This document shows positions 1 through 9,500 of a stretch of 64,000 nt of DNA, piece by piece. Source of the DNA: an uncultured bacterium (lineage in GTDB: Bacteria; Armatimonadota; Abditibacteriia; Abditibacteriales; Abditibacteriaceae). The position numbers were made by a program, and so were the translations under genes. Each line of letters opens with the position of its first letter. The stretch's first letter is position 1. The stretch lies in assembly GCA_963843795.1 (NCBI GenBank), contig CAWJLW010000006.1, positions 992,001 through 1,056,000 on the forward strand, in the 5' to 3' direction. The notes under the pieces were generated by a model. That model was not told where the DNA came from. It searched no databases and worked only from the letters and a program-made list of their open reading frames with translations.

Positions 1-3000
1 GCCACAACAGCGTCACGATTTTCAAACCGGCATTGCGGTCGCGCACACGACCGGCGATTTTGCTGAATTGACTCACAGTTTCTCGGTCGCGCGGTGTGTC
101 GAAAGCTAATTCGGGCGCGCGCTGGTCGATAACGTTCAAACGCACGCGCGCGGTTGCCGTGGTTTTGCCATCGCTGATGGCGTAGGTGAACTCATCGACA
201 CCGATTTTTCCGGTGCTGGGCAGGTAAAACAAGGTTCCGTCGTTGCGCAATTGAAAGCGGCCCTTGCTGGGATTATTAAGCGCACGCACTGTCGGTTTGC
301 GACCTGCTGGAAAACTATCGTTGCGCAAAACGCCGGGCGCTTGAATTTGAAAAACGCCGCTGCTGAGCAGCACGATGCCGCTCGCTTGTGCTTGGCCTGG
401 TGCACCCAGAATCAGGCTGAAATCGTCATCGGTCGCGCTCACCGCCGCATCGCCACCGACGGCGATTTCAACGCTGGCCTGCGCGCTTGCTACGCCATCG
501 CTGACGCGGAACGTAAATGCATCCTTGCCAAGAAAACCTGCTTTTGCGCTATAAATCAAGTTCGGAATGTTGCCGGAAAGCGTGCCGTTTTGCGGATTGG
601 CAATGATGTCGAAACTCAGCGTGTCGTTATCAACATCAGTCGCGCCGAGCGTAATTCGCAGTGGTGTCGCGTTATCGGCTGTGAGTTGCTGCCTAATGGC
701 GACCGGCGCATCGTTGACAGCAAGTACTTGCAGCTCGATTGTCGCGAGGTTGGAATCCAGGGCGCCATCGTTGGCGGTGAAAGTGAAGCGATCCGCGCCG
801 TTGAAATTCACATCGGGCGTATAAATCAGGTTTGGCGCTGTTCCCGAAAGCGTGCCATGTTCCGGTGCAGCGACGATGCGCAAATTCAAATTTGCGACCG
901 GAGTCTCAATATCGCTCGCGCTCAACACGATATTCAAGGGCGTATCTTCGTCCGTCGAAAGCTGTTGCGCGTGGGCGATGGGAGCATCGTTGATGGCAAG
1001 TACTTGCAGCGCGATTTGAGCGATGTTGCTATCGGATGCGCCGTCGCTGGCAACGAAGCTGAAAGCGTCCGCTCCATTGAAGTTTGCGCTTGGCGTATAA
1101 ATTAAACTCGGTGCTGTGCCCGACAATGTGCCGTGTGCGGGCGGCGTCACGAGGCGGAAAGTTAAATTGGCAATTGGCGTATCAACATCAGTCGCGCCCA
1201 GAAGGATGTTAAACGGTGTATCTTCGTTCGTCGAAAGGTTTTGAGGTGACGCGACTGGCGCGTCATCAATCGCGTTTACGGTCAAAGTTGCGGTCGCATT
1301 CGCGCTATTTTCGCCCGAGTTGACCGCAAAGACGAGCGTGCGATTGGTGGTGTTGGGCGTGTCGCTGAGGTTGTTGTAACGAACGCTGGCAAGTACTTGC
1401 TGGTAATGCGCGATGCTATCGTTTCCGTTTAAATTCAGAGTGCGCGTCTGGGCGTTGTAATTCGCACTGATTTGCGTGCCGCTGACATTAGCGTTTAAAA
1501 TTTCGCTCGCGTTATCGGGGTTTTGGTTCAGTTGGACGGTCGCGCTACTCAATTCCGCGTTATTGGTGAGGACGATATTGGGCGCGATAACGATTGGCGT
1601 TTGTTCGCTGAAAGCTGTCGTCACATCCTTGCCTTCGGGACTGCCATTCAGGTCGATAGCAAGTGTGCTCACTGGAATTTGTACTTCAAAAGAGCCCGCA
1701 TCGTTATGGCTGCTGGCCGAGCGCGGAAATCCGCGTTGATCGGTCGTGATGGCGGCGAGCGGTGTCGCCAAATTCAAAGCCGGACTATCGGCCATTAAAG
1801 CGTGCGTCAATGTCGGTCCGTCGTTATTGGCCAGCACTTCCAGCCGCGCATCCAGCGGCGCGGCCACAGTTCCGACGCGGTCGTTGGCACCAAAGCCCGT
1901 TGCGCTGCCGACTTTGCCGATGACATTGAAGCCACCCGAAACGTAAGCACCGCGCAAATCGGGATTGCTGTTGGCGCTATTTCCGGCGACTATAGAGCGC
2001 GCCAGGTTGCCGCTGCCCGAGCCGAGATCAATCGCGCCGCCATTCGATGCGCTGTTGTTGGTGAACGTGGTGAATTGAGTAGTGAGCGCCGCATTGCTTT
2101 GGGGAACGCTGAGTGCAATGGCACCGCCGCTGCCGTTCGCTGTGTTGCCCGAAAGCGTGCTGTTGATAAAGCTAAGTGGAGTTGTGCTCCAAACTCCGCC
2201 ACCCGCACTGTTGGCCGCGTTGCCGTTGAGCGTGCAGCCGATGAAGAAGACGCCGCTCGAAGTCGTGGTAGAAACCGCCGCACCTTTGTTGGCGCGGTTG
2301 TTGGATAATGTGCAATTGGTGAGCGTGACGCGCGGACAAAAAAAGACCGAAAGCGCGCCGCCTTCGCCGCTTATGGCCCTGTTGTCGTTGAATGTGCAAG
2401 CGTTGAAATTCACCAGATCGTCGGGATCGGTGTTGAGTTGGATGGCGCCGCCGCGATTGGAGTCCGCCACCGAGTTGCCGTTAAAAACGCAATTGGTCAG
2501 CACGGTTGTGCCGTCGGAATAAATCGCGAGCGCACCGCCTGACGATTGTGCGCTGTTGCCATTGAAAATGCAATCGGTGGCTGATGAAGGCCGATTTTGC
2601 GCATACGAAAAGAATTGCACCGCGCCCTGAAAATTGTCGCTGATGTTGTTAAGAAACTTGCAACGCAGCAAGCGCAAGACGCAGCCGCCATTGATGGCCC
2701 CGGCCTCCGTGGTCGCGTGGTTGCCGCTGAAAACACAATCGGTGACGCTCAGAATTCCCGAACTTTCGAAATCGTTAGCGTTGGGCACGGTTTGAATGGC
2801 GCCGCCTTTGGCCGCCAGTCCATTGGTGAAAGTCAGGCCCGAAACCGCCGCGTTGCCCACGCCATCGGAATAGAAAATGTTGCTTTGTGCGTTGCCGTTT
2901 AAACTCAAGACACCAGCGCCCGGCCCGCTGATAGTCAGACTGCTCCCAACAGGCCGCGAGATATTAAGGTTGCTGCCATTGAGCGTAATTGTGCCGGTTA

Positions 3001-3400
3001 CATGGCTCGCAAAGCTCACGATTGGCGTCTGCGCACTGGGAAAAGTACGCGCGTAATCAATCGCTTCGCGTAAAGTGGTTTCGCCATCGTTGGCTACGAT
3101 ATCAGCGTTGCTGGTTACAATTAGCGAACGTGCTTCGGGCACTTCGGCAGCGGCTGTGACGAAAAAGCTGCGCGCAGAAATCAAACGGTTGCGAAATTGT
3201 GTGGCGAAACCATTGAGGTACGTACCATCGCTCGCGGGCGGATAATCGGCGTGTAACCCGACGGTCAGGCTGTCGCCAATTACGGTGTCTCTTTTGGTTT
3301 GCGCGTGCGCCGGTAACAGAAAAATCACTGCAAATAGACACAGGGCAAGTACTTGCAGGTCGCGCTGTTGCGGCTGCTTTTTCCATCGTCTCATTCCCAT
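1..3400 (-). CDS. Large secreted/surface protein (partial, runs off window start): signal peptide, CSLREA-like motif, beta-helix/polymorphic membrane protein-like repeats, tandem Ig/cadherin-like (Big_9-type) repeats
   Basis: Not in the ORF track because it has no in-window stop. Manual translation from ATG 3400 (GGGAGAG upstream): MGMRRWKKQPQQRDLQVLALCLFAVIFLLPAHAQ...TTLREAIDYA...VNAIDDAPVASPQNLSTNEDTPFNIL...LQVLAINDAP...LQVLAVNDAP. The same frame is still open at the points checked, down to positions 2-60. Confidence 0.85.
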   Translation of the reverse strand, partial: MGMRRWKKQPQQRDLQVLALCLFAVIFLLPAHAQTKRDTVIGDSLTVGLHADYPPASDGTYLNGFATQFRNRLISARSFFVTAAAEVPEARSLIVTSNADIVANDGETTLREAIDYARTFPSAQTPIVSFASHVTGTITLNGSNLNISRPVGSSLTISGPGAGVLSLNGNAQSNIFYSDGVGNAAVSGLTFTNGLAAKGGAIQTVPNANDFESSGILSVTDCVFSGNHATTEAGAINGGCVLRLLRCKFLNNISDNFQGAVQFFSYAQNRPSSATDCIFNGNSAQSSGGALAIYSDGTTVLTNCVFNGNSVADSNRGGAIQLNTDPDDLVNFNACTFNDNRAISGEGGALSVFFCPRVTLTNCTLSNNRANKGAAVSTTTSSGVFFIGCTLNGNAANSAGGGVWSTTPLSFINSTLSGNTANGSGGAIALSVPQSNAALTTQFTTFTNNSASNGGAIDLGSGSGNLARSIVAGNSANSNPDLRGAYVSGGFNVIGKVGSATGFGANDRVGTVAAPLDARLEVLANNDGPTLTHALMADSPALNLATPLAAITTDQRGFPRSASSHNDAGSFEVQIPVSTLAIDLNGSPEGKDVTTAFSEQTPIVIAPNIVLTNNAELSSATVQLNQNPDNASEILNANVSGTQISANYNAQTRTLNLNGNDSIAHYQQVLASVRYNNLSDTPNTTNRTLVFAVNSGENSANATATLTVNAIDDAPVASPQNLSTNEDTPFNILLGATDVDTPIANLTFRLVTPPAHGTLSGTAPSLIYTPSANFNGADAFSFVASDGASDSNIAQIALQVLAINDAPIAHAQQLSTDEDTPLNIVLSASDIETPVANLNLRIVAAPEHGTLSGTAPNLIYTPDVNFNGADRFTFTANDGALDSNLATIELQVLAVNDAPVAIRQQLTADNATPLRITLGATDVDNDTLSFDIIANPQNGTLSGNIPNLIYSAKAGFLGKDAFTFRVSDGVASAQASVEIAVGGDAAVSATDDDFSLILGAPGQAQASGIVLLSSGVFQIQAPGVLRNDSFPAGRKPTVRALNNPSKGRFQLRNDGTLFYLPSTGKIGVDEFTYAISDGKTTATARVRLNVIDQRAPELAFDTPRDRETVSQFSKIAGRVRDRNAGLKIVTLLW

Positions 3401-3723
3401 TCGCTCTCCCAGCCAATTGACTTTTCGTACATCTCTTGCAAAGTTACTTTACCCAAATTTGAACTGTCGCAGCTTTCGAGCCGATTATTTTGCGCTCTTT
3501 TTTACTGGTAAACGCTCGCAATTGTAAAATGCTGTGAAGCAGCGTGTTCAACGGCGCTGCAAGTAACTTGCTTTATAATGTTAGTCAAGGGGATAAGCGC
3601 AGAACGTGGTCGTTTATTGTGTTATGATGGCATCGTAACTTCGCAAAGTGTTTTGAAACCGGCGCTTTGTGGAATAGTGATGTGGAAAGAAATTTCGTTA
3701 ATAGATTGGGGAATAAGATTGTT

Positions 3724-4488
3724 ATGGCAGCAACTTCACAGGCGTTGATTGCTTTTCTGGAAGATCACTCGTTAGAAGTGCTGAAAGATGCGCTCGATGA
3801 TGTGCGTTCGCATGCCGGGCCGAGCTTGAAAAATGCTTCCGACGACGACTTGCAGGTCGCCATGTACACAGTGTTACTCAAAGTGCTGGATGCAATGCGC
3901 GAAAAAGCTGCCGCGCCCGTTGAAAGCACCAAAGACGTGCGTACGCTTTATTTGCGCCATGCACGCGCCCTGATGGAATTCATCGACGCACAAAGCGCTT
4001 ACACTGCGGGCCACACCGCCGCCGTCGTGCGCCACACCGTGCAAATCGCTTCGCGCATGAACCTTTCCGATCCCGAAATCGACGATTTGGAATACGCGGC
4101 CTGGATTCATAATATCGGCCTCATTAATCAATCGCAAAAATTGTCGCTTTTGCCGCGCGCTTTAAGCCAAGACGAACTCAAAGCCGCGCGGAATCACACC
4201 GTTGTCGGCGCGGAAATGATTCGCCCGATTGAATTTTTGTCGCCGATGGTGCCAATTGTGCGTTATCACCATAATCGCTACGATGGCGGCGGACAGGGCG
4301 AATTGCAGGGCCCGAACATTCCGCTCGGCGCGCGCATCATTATGCTGGCCGACGCTTATCAAGCCATGCTCGAACCGCGCGCTTATCGTCCCGCATTGTC
4401 GCGCCATGACGCCCTTACCGAAATCAACAAAGGCGCTGGCTCACAGTTCGATCCCGCGCTGGTGCAATACGCGCACGAACTGACCTGA
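3724..4488 (+). CDS. HD-GYP domain protein with degenerate motifs
   Basis: YTAGHTAAV, AAWIHNIG, HTVVGAEMI, VRYHHNRYDGGG, IPLGARIIMLADAY, GAGSQFDP. Start placed at ATG 3724. Confidence 0.85.
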   Translation: MAATSQALIAFLEDHSLEVLKDALDDVRSHAGPSLKNASDDDLQVAMYTVLLKVLDAMREKAAAPVESTKDVRTLYLRHARALMEFIDAQSAYTAGHTAAVVRHTVQIASRMNLSDPEIDDLEYAAWIHNIGLINQSQKLSLLPRALSQDELKAARNHTVVGAEMIRPIEFLSPMVPIVRYHHNRYDGGGQGELQGPNIPLGARIIMLADAYQAMLEPRAYRPALSRHDALTEINKGAGSQFDPALVQYAHELT

Positions 4489-4500
4489 ATTTTGAAAATC

Positions 4501-4546
4501 AAAAGCGCGCTGCAAGTAACTGCGCAAGTACTTGCAGCGCGCTTTT
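4501..4546. terminator. Hairpin with two tandem palindrome units at its centre and A/T tails (probable intrinsic terminator)
   Basis: AAAAGCGCGCT-GCAAGTAACTGC-GCAAGTACTTGC-AGCGCGCTTTT, just after the HD-GYP stop. Confidence 0.7.
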
Positions 4547-4570
4547 TCGCTATTTAAAGGACGAGATTTT

Positions 4571-5860
4571 ATGATGCAAGATTGGTTCATCGACGCCAAA
4601 TTTGGCGTGTTTCTGCACTGGGGCATTTATTCGGCGGGCGATTGGTCGGAGTCGTGGCCGTTTTTTAATGGCGAAGTGTCTTACGAAACCTACATGGCCC
4701 AGGCCGAACAGTTCACAGCGGAAAATTACGATCCCGATGCGTGGGCACAATTGTTCGCGCGTGCCGGTGCCAAATACGCCGTTCTCACCGCGAAACATCA
4801 CGATGGTTTCGCGCTGTGGCCAACCGCGCAAAGTTCTTTGAACGCGGTCGATGGCTCGCCTGCGGGACGCGATTTAATCGGGCCGTATTGCGAAGCGTTA
4901 CGCCGTCACGGACTCAAAGTCGGTTTGTATTTTTCGCATCTCGATTGGTCGCATCCCGATTATGCTTCGGTTCTTCCCACAGGTGCCAAGGAAGCTGAGC
5001 GCGCCGAGCATTTTTCCAATCGTTTTGGTTATCCACAAGGCGCGATTGAGCCAGAGCGCTGGGAAAAATTTCTGCAATTTCACCGCGCGCAATTGAAAGA
5101 ATTGTGCGAACGCTATCAGCCCGACTTGCTGTGGTTCGATGGCGATTGGGAACGCAGCGCCGAACAATGGCGCTTTGCCGAACTGCGCGAACAGTTGCAG
5201 GAATGGGCGCCCGGCGTCATCGTTAACAGTCGCATGGGCGGTCACGGCGATTACGCGACGCCCGAACAAGCAATTCCCATTGCACAGCCCGATGAAATGT
5301 GGGAGTTCTGTGTCACGGTCAACGATCATTGGGGTTATGTGGCCAATGACCACAACCACAAATCAACCCGCCAGTGCGTTCGGATGCTGGCCGAATGTGC
5401 GGGCATGGGCGGCAATTTACTGCTGGATATCGGCCCTAAAAGCGACGGCTCGTTGCAAGAAGCGCAAATCGAGCGTTTGGAATCCATCGGACGCTGGACG
5501 AAGAAGCACGCCGAAGCAATTTACAACACGCGCGCCGGTTTGCCGCACGGTCATTTTTACGGCGCTTCGACTTTGAACCAAAGCCGCGACACGCTGTATT
5601 TATTCTTGTTTGATCGGCCTTACGATGAAATCGCCGTTAAAGGCATTCGCAACAAAATCAAGCGCGTTTCGGTCGTCGGCTCGGGAACCGAATTGAAGTC
5701 GCACAAAATCGGCGGCGCGCCGTGGGTCGATTTGCCCGGCGTGCTGTGGATCGAAGTGCCTGAAGACGAATTGGACGCCGATGCGACGGTGTTGAAAATC
5801 GAACTTGAAGGTGCGTTGAATTTATACACCGGCAGCGGCCACGCCGTGACGGCGAATTAA
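4571..5860 (+). CDS. Alpha-L-fucosidase (GH29)
   Basis: WFIDAKFGVFLHWGIYS, AGAKYAVLTAKHHDGFALW, LLWFDGDW, GGNLLLDIGP. Confidence 0.92.
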   Translation: MMQDWFIDAKFGVFLHWGIYSAGDWSESWPFFNGEVSYETYMAQAEQFTAENYDPDAWAQLFARAGAKYAVLTAKHHDGFALWPTAQSSLNAVDGSPAGRDLIGPYCEALRRHGLKVGLYFSHLDWSHPDYASVLPTGAKEAERAEHFSNRFGYPQGAIEPERWEKFLQFHRAQLKELCERYQPDLLWFDGDWERSAEQWRFAELREQLQEWAPGVIVNSRMGGHGDYATPEQAIPIAQPDEMWEFCVTVNDHWGYVANDHNHKSTRQCVRMLAECAGMGGNLLLDIGPKSDGSLQEAQIERLESIGRWTKKHAEAIYNTRAGLPHGHFYGASTLNQSRDTLYLFLFDRPYDEIAVKGIRNKIKRVSVVGSGTELKSHKIGGAPWVDLPGVLWIEVPEDELDADATVLKIELEGALNLYTGSGHAVTAN

Positions 5861-5864
5861 AGGC

Positions 5865-5920
5865 AGCGAAAATGTGCACTGCAAGTGCTTGCGCAAGTAC
5901 TTGCAGTGCACATTTTCGCT
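5865..5920. terminator. Hairpin between convergent genes: 16-bp arms around two tandem palindrome units
   Basis: AGCGAAAATGTGCACT-GCAAGTGCTTGC-GCAAGTACTTGC-AGTGCACATTTTCGCT. Confidence 0.7.
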
Positions 5921-5939
5921 ATTAGAGTCAGGAGGAAAG

Positions 5940-6776
5940 TTACAATTCCAAACCCAATTCCGCACCGACTTTGCGCACATGCGCGGCTGCCAAATCGTAT
6001 TCGGCTTCGTTGGGTAAATGTTCCAGCATTAACGGAATATCTTGGTCGAGTTTGGCTAATTCTTCCAGAAAAACGTGATAATCTAAGCCACCCAATCCGG
6101 GCCGCATTTCGTCGAGATGAACGGTGAGGCGCGAGGCCAGCGCGATGTCTTTGGCGTGGCAGCTTTTGAGATGCGGCCCGAGTTTGGCAAAACATTCGCG
6201 GATAAAATTGGCGTTATCGAAAAAACGTTGCGGGCTGGAAATCATGTTCACCGGATCGAGATGAACGCCGAATTGTGGGCGCTCGATGGCTTCGATTAGA
6301 CGTAAATACGCATCGGGCGAATCGGGAAAAATCCACGGCATAGTTTCCAACGCGTAGAACGTGCGTTTGGGCTGCACGGCGTCGATGATTTCGCGCACGC
6401 TTTGGACGATCATTTCAAAAGTTTCTTCGCTTAAGTTGGCCGGATGCGGTCCGTCCCACAGTTCGCCGCGCGAACCGGCGATATTCACACAACTGCGCGC
6501 GCCGCAACGTTCGGCCAATTCCAAGTGCGCTTTGCATTTTTCGAGTGCCGCGCTGCGTTTTTGCGGGTCGGGATCGAGCGGATTGCTCCACGCGCCGACT
6601 TCGGCGATGATTATATCGGCTTCGCGCGCCGCCTGCACGTAACTTTGCAACACGCTATCGGTCACATCGGGAGTTAAGGGACACACAGCGGCGCGATAGC
6701 CGTGTTTTTTCACTGTCTGAATCCAAGTCTCTGGTGTCGAACTATCGCCGAAAGTCGGGCCGCCCAATCGCATCAT
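5940..6776 (-). CDS. Sugar phosphate isomerase/epimerase (xylose isomerase-like TIM barrel)
   Basis: YALETMP, VHLDPVN, CHAKD, PGLGGLDY, LMLEH motifs. Confidence 0.88.
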   Translation of the reverse strand: MMRLGGPTFGDSSTPETWIQTVKKHGYRAAVCPLTPDVTDSVLQSYVQAAREADIIIAEVGAWSNPLDPDPQKRSAALEKCKAHLELAERCGARSCVNIAGSRGELWDGPHPANLSEETFEMIVQSVREIIDAVQPKRTFYALETMPWIFPDSPDAYLRLIEAIERPQFGVHLDPVNMISSPQRFFDNANFIRECFAKLGPHLKSCHAKDIALASRLTVHLDEMRPGLGGLDYHVFLEELAKLDQDIPLMLEHLPNEAEYDLAAAHVRKVGAELGLEL

Positions 6777-6850
6777 CGTTCCTCATAAACTGAAATTTTC
6801 GCTCTGCAAGTACTTGCAGAGCGCCTTGTGTTGGTTAACGAGGAGTTTGC

Positions 6851-9328
6851 ATGAAATTTATCATAGCCGCACTCACGCTTTGCTTGTGCTGTCTTTTCAC
6901 GTTCGCAAGTGATGCACAAACTGCCATCACCGCATCCATTGGCGATTTTATCACGCCAGTCGCAGCAACTGCCTCCAGCGCGCAAAGCGACGCTGGGCGT
7001 GTGGCAACGCGCTTGATCGATGGTTCGGGCTGGGCAGAAAGCGCGCCTGGCAGCGGCGTTTATCTGCATTCGTCCAACGTTTCCGAAGGCGGCGCTTCGA
7101 TGTGGAACGGCGAAATGAAATCCACCTTGAATTTCGATTTGGGTAAAGAATTTTCGACCAACGGCTCTTATATTTGGAACTACAACGAAGGCAACGGCTA
7201 CAATTCGCGCAGCGTGAAGCGGTTGAAAATTCTCAGTTCTTTAGACAATCAAACTTTCGCGCAGGTCGGAGATTTTACACTGGAAATGGCACCGGCTGAT
7301 AATAATTATCGCGGGCAAACCGTGAAGTTTGCCACGCCAGTTCGCGCGCGTTACTTTCGTTTTGAAATCGAGTCGAATTATCGCGGCAACGAACAGTCGG
7401 GCCTCAGCGAAGTGCGTTTCGCCAACGCGGAAAAAAAGTTCGTTCTCGAAAAGTCCAAACCGTGGCAAGCGACTTATCCGCTTCCGCAACACCCGAAATT
7501 GAAACTTGGACAGCCATTGAAGGGTGCGGAAAACGTGCGCTATCCCGACGATGCGGGTGTGATTGATGTCACCAAAGCGCCTTACTTCGCCAAAGGCGAT
7601 GGCGTCAGCGACGATACATTGGCGATTCAAAGGGCGCTGAATGATTATCCCGCTGACCTGGCGATTTTGTATTTCCCTAACGGCGTATATTTGATTTCCG
7701 ACACGCTGCGCTTTTCGCCTGATGACCGCGGTAAGGCCAAGCAAACCGTGTTGCAAGGCCAAAGCGAGCGCGGTGCGATCATTAAATTGCGCGATAATGC
7801 GCCCAGTTTTGGGTCGTCGCGTGCCACGCGCGCTCTGCTCAATACCGGCTACGCGCCAGCGCAGCGTTTCGGCAATGAAGTGCGCGACCTCACTTTCGAT
7901 ACGGGAATTGGCAACGCGGGCGCGACCGGCGTGCAGTTCATAGCCAATAATCAGGGCGGCATTTACAACGTCACGATTGTTTCGGGCGATGGGCAGGGTT
8001 TCGCTGGTCTCGACTTGGGCTACACCAATGAGCAAGGCCCGTGCTTGATTAAAAATTTGCGCGTGCAGGGCTTTGATACTGGCGTGCGTTTGGCGTTTGG
8101 CGTCGCTTCGGCCACGCTTGAACACATTACCGTCGAAGCGCAGAACAAATGGGGCGTGCGCAACGAAGGCCAGCCAATGACGCTGCGCGCTTTGAAATCG
8201 AAAAATGCAGTGCCCGCGCTGGCAGTTGTCGGTGGTTTCACGACTTTAATCGAAGCCGATTTGCAAGGTGTGGGCACTGCCAAAAATCAAGCCGCGATTG
8301 TTAGCGAATCGAACCTGATGGCGCGCGATGTGAAAACAAGTGGCTACGGAAGCGCCTTGAAATCGAATTTGCCTAACGTGAAGGGCGTGGAAGCCGCCAA
8401 TTTCGCGCAATGGCTGAGCAAACCGGTGACGCGCTTGTTTGCTGGCACGGGTGAAGGCTTGCGTTTACCGATTCGCGAGACGCCCGCTTCGCCGCGCGAA
8501 GCCGACGTTTTTAAATGGGTTTCCGTGACGAAGTTTGGCGCGATTGCCAACGATGGCAAAGACGACGCTCCCGCAATTCAGGCGGCAATTGACAGCGGTG
8601 CGCAGACAATCTACTTACCGCGCGGCCATTATGATATTGGCCAAACTATCGTGCTGCGCAGCAAGCTGCAATCGTTAATCGGTTGCAAAGCGTGGCTGCA
8701 AGTACTTGCACCGTTGATTGCAGCCAAAGCGCCGATGTTTCGCGTTGATGAGAACGGCGCGCCGCTGGTGGAAATGGATAACATCGACACCGATTTTTCA
8801 AGTGGCGAACATTTCTTTCTGGAAAACAACAGCGCGCGCACGCTGGTTTTGAGACGAATGCAAATCAACTTTCAAGGCGCGGATGCCTATCGTGGCAGTT
8901 CCAATGCCGACAAGAAGGGCACGGTTTTTCTGGAAGATGTGGTGGGGCGTTGGTTCCAGTTCAACAATCAAAACGTGTGGGCGCGCCAGTTCAATGTCGA
9001 GGGCGATGGCACGCACATTTCCAATAGTGGCGGGCAGATGTGGATTTTGGGCTACAAAACCGAAGGCTACGGCACGCTGCTGGAAACGCGCAATCGCGGC
9101 ATCAGCGAAGTATTGGGCGGTTTAAGTTATACGGTCGGCGATGAGCGTGATGAGCCGATGTTTGTGATCGACCAAAATTCTCGTGCTTCAATTTCGATTA
9201 GCGAAGTCAACTTCACCGGCAAGCCATTCGCGCGCGTCGTGCAGCAAACGCGCGCTGGAGAAACCAAAGTTTTGGTGCGCGACGATGCCGCTTGGCGGCG
9301 CGCTTTTACGTTGTTTGCGTCGAATTGA
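6851..9328 (+). CDS. Secreted Pectate_lyase_3/GH55-like beta-helix protein with N-terminal discoidin (F5/8)-like domain
   Basis: Signal peptide. Discoidin-like LNFDLGK...PVRARYFRFEI...GLSEVRF. Two AKGDGVSDDTLAIQRAL / GAIANDGKDDAPAIQAAI...YLPRGHY motifs. Confidence 0.8.
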   Translation: MKFIIAALTLCLCCLFTFASDAQTAITASIGDFITPVAATASSAQSDAGRVATRLIDGSGWAESAPGSGVYLHSSNVSEGGASMWNGEMKSTLNFDLGKEFSTNGSYIWNYNEGNGYNSRSVKRLKILSSLDNQTFAQVGDFTLEMAPADNNYRGQTVKFATPVRARYFRFEIESNYRGNEQSGLSEVRFANAEKKFVLEKSKPWQATYPLPQHPKLKLGQPLKGAENVRYPDDAGVIDVTKAPYFAKGDGVSDDTLAIQRALNDYPADLAILYFPNGVYLISDTLRFSPDDRGKAKQTVLQGQSERGAIIKLRDNAPSFGSSRATRALLNTGYAPAQRFGNEVRDLTFDTGIGNAGATGVQFIANNQGGIYNVTIVSGDGQGFAGLDLGYTNEQGPCLIKNLRVQGFDTGVRLAFGVASATLEHITVEAQNKWGVRNEGQPMTLRALKSKNAVPALAVVGGFTTLIEADLQGVGTAKNQAAIVSESNLMARDVKTSGYGSALKSNLPNVKGVEAANFAQWLSKPVTRLFAGTGEGLRLPIRETPASPREADVFKWVSVTKFGAIANDGKDDAPAIQAAIDSGAQTIYLPRGHYDIGQTIVLRSKLQSLIGCKAWLQVLAPLIAAKAPMFRVDENGAPLVEMDNIDTDFSSGEHFFLENNSARTLVLRRMQINFQGADAYRGSSNADKKGTVFLEDVVGRWFQFNNQNVWARQFNVEGDGTHISNSGGQMWILGYKTEGYGTLLETRNRGISEVLGGLSYTVGDERDEPMFVIDQNSRASISISEVNFTGKPFARVVQQTRAGETKVLVRDDAAWRRAFTLFASN

Positions 9329-9500
9329 AAAATAAAGCGACTGGTTGTCTGCTGGCTGAAAACGACGAGAAAAGGGCTTTGTATTGTGCTAAGTCGCCGC
9401 TACAATTGGCTACTTTGAGAGAAAACCAAGGTAATAGGAAATTTGAGCGGTGGCTCTGCGGGTACTTGCAGAGCACATTGAGAGAAATGAAAATCACTGC

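Noticed and set aside
251..2902. Plus-strand ORFs (251-1105, 1802-2308, 2082-2522 and others)
   Set aside because: Antisense shadows of the long minus-strand surface-protein gene that the ORF track omitted.
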